Of a stretch of DNA of 32,250 nt, positions 29,138 through 32,250 are shown in pieces (positions within the stretch are counted from its first letter, which is position 1; the number at the start of each line of letters is the position of its first letter). Under the pieces are notes generated by a model that ran no database searches, had not been told where the DNA came from, and saw only the letters and a program-made list of their open reading frames with translations. This DNA is from an uncultured Methylophilaceae bacterium (GTDB lineage: Bacteria; Pseudomonadota; Gammaproteobacteria; Burkholderiales; Methylophilaceae): contig CBILOJ010000001.1 in NCBI GenBank assembly GCA_966238525.1, forward strand, positions 1 through 32,250, given 5' to 3'. Both the position numbers and the translations under genes were made by a program.

Positions 29138-30169
29138 ATGGACAGAATTCTCGTCGTCGGACCTGCCTGGGTAGGCGACATGGTGCTGGCGCAAAGCCTG
29201 TTCAAATCGCTCAAGTTGCAACAGCCCGCGGCCATCATCGATGTTGCGGCACCAGCCTGGACCTTGCCGCTACTGGCGCGCATGCCCGAAGTCAGCGAGG
29301 CGATCGCGCTGCCTTTTCGCCATGGACAATTCGCGTTACGTGAACGCCTGCGCTTCGGCAAAAGCCTGAAGCAACGCAAATATAGTCGCGCCATCGTCTT
29401 GCCCAACTCTCTGAAATCCGCGCTATTGCCGTGGGCAGCAGGAATTCCGCTACGTACCGGCTTCGTCGGCGAATGGCGCTACGGCTTGCTCAACGATGTG
29501 CGACGTCTCGACAGGCAAGCGCTACCGCGTACCGTGGATCGTTTCGTTGCACTCGGTCTCGATAGCAGCCAGCCTTTGCCGCCTAATTTGCCCCAACCCA
29601 GACTAATAGCGCAACAGGAATCCGCCGTGCAAGCGCTACGCAGGTTAGGCCACGATGAGCCAACAGCCCCCGTTCTCGGCCTTTGTCCAGGCGCTGAATA
29701 CGGCGAAGCCAAGCGCTGGCCAGCCGAATACTATGCCGAAGTCGCAACGGCGGCGCTGCAGAAAGGCTGGCAGGTGTGGTTGTTCGGCTCGGAGAAGGAC
29801 GTTACGGTTACAGCGCAAATCAACATGTTAACCGGCAAGCGCTGCCTGGATCTCGGCGGCAAGACCTCCCTCGGCGAAGCGATCGATCTCATGGCGCTGA
29901 CTTCTGCGGTTGTCAGCAATGACTCCGGTCTCATGCATATCGCCGCAGCACTCGACAAGCCACTGGTCGCCGTCTACGGCTCATCCGATCCGCATCACAC
30001 GCCACCAATGAACCCACGTGCGGCCATACTTTATCTAGGGCTTGAATGCAGCCCCTGTTTTGAACGCGAATGTCCGCTTGGACATTTGAATTGCCTGAGG
30101 CATATCAAGCCAGAACAGGTGGTCAGCCAAATTGATCTGCTTTGTCCATCCGACGCCCAGCATCTGTAA
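29138..30169 (+). CDS. waaF: ADP-heptose:LPS heptosyltransferase II (GT9)
   Basis: 343 aa. MDRILVVGPAWVGDMVLAQSLFKSLK closely resembles the WaaF N-terminus. PGAEYGEAKRWP and NDSGLMHIAAAL are also present. Confidence 0.88.
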   Translation: MDRILVVGPAWVGDMVLAQSLFKSLKLQQPAAIIDVAAPAWTLPLLARMPEVSEAIALPFRHGQFALRERLRFGKSLKQRKYSRAIVLPNSLKSALLPWAAGIPLRTGFVGEWRYGLLNDVRRLDRQALPRTVDRFVALGLDSSQPLPPNLPQPRLIAQQESAVQALRRLGHDEPTAPVLGLCPGAEYGEAKRWPAEYYAEVATAALQKGWQVWLFGSEKDVTVTAQINMLTGKRCLDLGGKTSLGEAIDLMALTSAVVSNDSGLMHIAAALDKPLVAVYGSSDPHHTPPMNPRAAILYLGLECSPCFERECPLGHLNCLRHIKPEQVVSQIDLLCPSDAQHL

Positions 30170-30195
30170 GAATTACGACGCGCTTTAGCCCCGCA

Positions 30196-31161
30196 TCAAT
30201 GACCGTCAGTCTTCAGATACAGCTGCACATGACTTCCGCGCAAGCCTGCCAGCGTTCCTGCTGCTTTGGCATAATGACGTAAACCGTGATACCAGCCTCG
30301 CTTGAGCTTGGTATATCCACCAAGCAATAGCAACGGGGAAAATACCAGGCGCAAGGTGCCTTCCAGCACATGCCTGAGCGCCTCTTTCAATGAGGAAACC
30401 CGCACCGGCTTGGTACCAAAAAGCTTCGATTCAATGTATACCCGATTGGCACTGGATTGATATTGCCGCCTTAAGCGCCAACGTATCGTCAACCTTACTG
30501 GGACCACAGCTTCCGAAACTTCGGCATCGCTGATGTAGACTATCCGCCCGCCCTGATGGACAAGCCGCATGAAGAAGTCGGTGTCGCTCCCCCCTGTCAT
30601 GGTCATATTGATGTCGAAATTCAAAGGCGACTCGTACTGCTCGAAAATGGAGGTTCGGAACAATACATTACCGGTTGAGGCGCGTTTGAGCGAAGCACCA
30701 TGCTTGGTTTTGGAGAACCCCTTGTTGCCCAACCAGTCTTCGTAGCCTGCTGGAAATATGAAGCGCACCGGGCCTGTATAAGCTTCGGCATCAAATTGCG
30801 AAACTCCACGATGATAGGCCATCAACCAGCCAGGAGCCGCTTCCTCGTCGTCGTCGATGAAAGCGACAAAATCGGCTTTCTGTTGTACTGCATAAGTGCA
30901 GACGGCATTTCGTGCATAAGGGATACCGCGCTTCGGCTCCATGACATAGTGCACGTTATACCCAGTCCCGGCTTGGCTCTCGGCAAGATCGAGTGCAGAT
31001 TCGGCATCGTTGTCCACGACAACGATCTCGACTTGCCAATCGACAGGGCATTCCTGCTGCAAGACAGAAGCCAAACAGTCTTTCAGCATTGCTGGACGCC
31101 GGAAGGTACAAATACCCACCACAATCCTCGTTTTACGGTTAATTTCAGCGGATGTTTCCAT
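30196..31161 (-). CDS. Family 2 glycosyltransferase (probable LPS core or outer-core)
   Basis: 321 aa. VVGICTFRRPAMLKDCLASVLQQ, VVDNDAES, and a DxD-type FIDDDEE. It lies in an AT-richer segment convergent with waaF. Confidence 0.8.
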   Translation of the reverse strand: METSAEINRKTRIVVGICTFRRPAMLKDCLASVLQQECPVDWQVEIVVVDNDAESALDLAESQAGTGYNVHYVMEPKRGIPYARNAVCTYAVQQKADFVAFIDDDEEAAPGWLMAYHRGVSQFDAEAYTGPVRFIFPAGYEDWLGNKGFSKTKHGASLKRASTGNVLFRTSIFEQYESPLNFDINMTMTGGSDTDFFMRLVHQGGRIVYISDAEVSEAVVPVRLTIRWRLRRQYQSSANRVYIESKLFGTKPVRVSSLKEALRHVLEGTLRLVFSPLLLLGGYTKLKRGWYHGLRHYAKAAGTLAGLRGSHVQLYLKTDGH

Positions 31162-31182
31162 GAATGATCTCTTAACGCTAGA

Positions 31183-31899
31183 TTAAGCCGTATCGATCAA
31201 ATGCTTGATCTTGTAATGAGTCGTCTGACTAAAATTGATAGAGCTGCTCGAAGCTTCAAAATAGGCCTGACAGAAAATATTCCAGCCGACCTCTCCCAGC
31301 TGCAAGTGGTCCTTCCTCAAACGGCATAAATGCCTCAAATTTCTCAAACGCTGGTGTGCGCCAAGCCTGTGTTTGCGAATTTTCAAGTCGGCAATATCGA
31401 TCAACCCCATATCACCGGCTGGGGTCAATACGATATTACCCAAATGAAGCGATCGGAAATATACGCCCTGATCGTGCAACTGGGAAACAAACCGTCCAAG
31501 CTGCCCAATCAAGCCCTCAGTAGATGACGAGAGCTTCGGCAAAGCATCACGCATGGTGGAACCAGGCAAGGGATCATAAAGAACCGCAGTCCACTGCGGC
31601 CGCGCTAGCTGATGTAGCGATACGACTTTTACAGTAGGAATATTTAAAGCTTCAAGCTTTTTGGAATTTATCCAGAACCTCTTGGAATACGGATTGAAGC
31701 GCGCCCAACTCCACCAACGTTTCAATCGAAACAGCTTGAGTATCTGGCCGTTCTGCAACTGATATACCTTGGGGCCGTGCACATCCTGCTCAAGCACTTG
31801 GGCCTGTTTGGTAATTGCGGAGAATTGCTCTGGCGTAAGAGACTCCCAATTCAGCAACTTGCTTTTGCCAAAGCCGCTCATTAGTAATTTTGACCCCAT
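31183..31899 (-). CDS. Lipopolysaccharide kinase (Kdo/WaaP/InaA) family protein, possibly catalytically atypical
   Basis: 238 aa. LHDQGVYFRSLHLGNIVL...GLIDIADLKI resembles the catalytic and Mg-binding segments of LPS kinases. It sits 21 nt upstream of the GT2 gene. Confidence 0.6.
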   Translation of the reverse strand: MGSKLLMSGFGKSKLLNWESLTPEQFSAITKQAQVLEQDVHGPKVYQLQNGQILKLFRLKRWWSWARFNPYSKRFWINSKKLEALNIPTVKVVSLHQLARPQWTAVLYDPLPGSTMRDALPKLSSSTEGLIGQLGRFVSQLHDQGVYFRSLHLGNIVLTPAGDMGLIDIADLKIRKHRLGAHQRLRNLRHLCRLRKDHLQLGEVGWNIFCQAYFEASSSSINFSQTTHYKIKHLIDTA

Positions 31900-31994
31900 T
31901 TATTATGTTCGCTAGCGTCTACGGCTATTAATATGACCGAAGCTGAGGCCCACAACAACTTGTGGAAGCCAAAAAACGGAATCTTAGCAACTCA

Positions 31995-32250
31995 CTATAA
32001 AAGACTCTGTAGATTACCAATAACCGCAATATCATGCTGCGCACAATATTCCGGCCATTCGCTAAACTCGGTCCAGTTTTTGAGAAAGACGAAATCGAGC
32101 CCGGCACGGGTAGCCGCCTCATGATCATAACGACTATCACCCAGGAATAGCGCGGGCAACACCAGATTCTCATTGCCAAGCTCGCGGCTCAGCACCTGAT
32201 CCTTGTTGTCAGGGCTGCCGAAGATACCGGCATCGAACAAATCGGCGATA
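31995..32250 (-). CDS. HAD-superfamily hydrolase, 5'-partial (continues beyond the right edge)
   Basis: The reading frame is open to position 32250 (IADLFDAGIFGSPDNKDQ...). LFLGDSRYDHEAATRAGLDFVF is a HAD motif III/IV-like segment. Confidence 0.6.
   Translation of the reverse strand, partial: IADLFDAGIFGSPDNKDQVLSRELGNENLVLPALFLGDSRYDHEAATRAGLDFVFLKNWTEFSEWPEYCAQHDIAVIGNLQSLL

Noticed and set aside
31928-32179. 83-aa minus-strand and 63-aa plus-strand (31933..32124) ORFs overlapping the HAD gene 3' end and the intergenic region.
   Set aside because: They overlap a frame with a recognisable HAD motif, have odd composition, and have no RBS.
1-32250. Scanned for tRNA, rRNA or tmRNA genes, CRISPR repeats, IS or transposase, integrase, phage genes, and known defence or toxin-antitoxin genes.
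   Set aside because: Intergenic gaps are short (at most about 260 nt). None shows tRNA-like T-arm motifs, regularly spaced repeats, or terminal inverted repeats. Every sizeable ORF is explained by a housekeeping or LPS function.

Overview
This is a GC-rich chromosomal core segment. From gene content and order it is most likely a betaproteobacterium, though the same dapB-carAB-greA and bamE/fur/recN neighbourhoods occur in Pseudomonas and Neisseria. I support about 31 protein genes, nearly all housekeeping. In order they are: prfB (partial, with its programmed +1 frameshift), pstSCAB, a minus-strand trio of PAP2 phosphatase, DgkA and a GT4 glycosyltransferase, glmM-folP-ftsH-rlmE, yhbY, DUF4149-greA-carB-carA-dapB-bamE, fur, recN-nadK, hrcA-hemH, an ADP-heptose/LPS inner-core operon hldD-gmhA-hldE-waaF, and a visibly more AT-rich LPS-type tail (GT2, Kdo/WaaP-family kinase-like protein, partial HAD hydrolase). 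I found no rRNA, tRNA, CRISPR array, transposase, integrase, phage gene, toxin-antitoxin pair or recognisable defence gene. The many long antisense or off-frame ORFs in the track look like GC-driven shadow ORFs. There is no clear-cut novel system here. The best candidate for something not routinely annotated is the PAP2-DgkA-GT4 trio next to pstSCAB. All three enzymes act on the diacylglycerol/phosphatidate node. PAP2 and GT4 are each preceded on the sense strand by Pho-box-like 11-bp-phased CTGTCA(C/T) repeats, and the PAP2 array shares the 10-mer TGTCACAAAA with the pstS promoter. That suggests a PhoB-controlled membrane-lipid remodelling module. Lesser points are possible leader or attenuator arrangements around carA, carB and greA, an unusually long Pro/Ala/Glu-rich tail on BamE, and the low-GC LPS segment with a kinase-like protein that seems to lack the catalytic Asp. 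All functional calls come from reading the translated sequences and motifs by eye. No database search was run.
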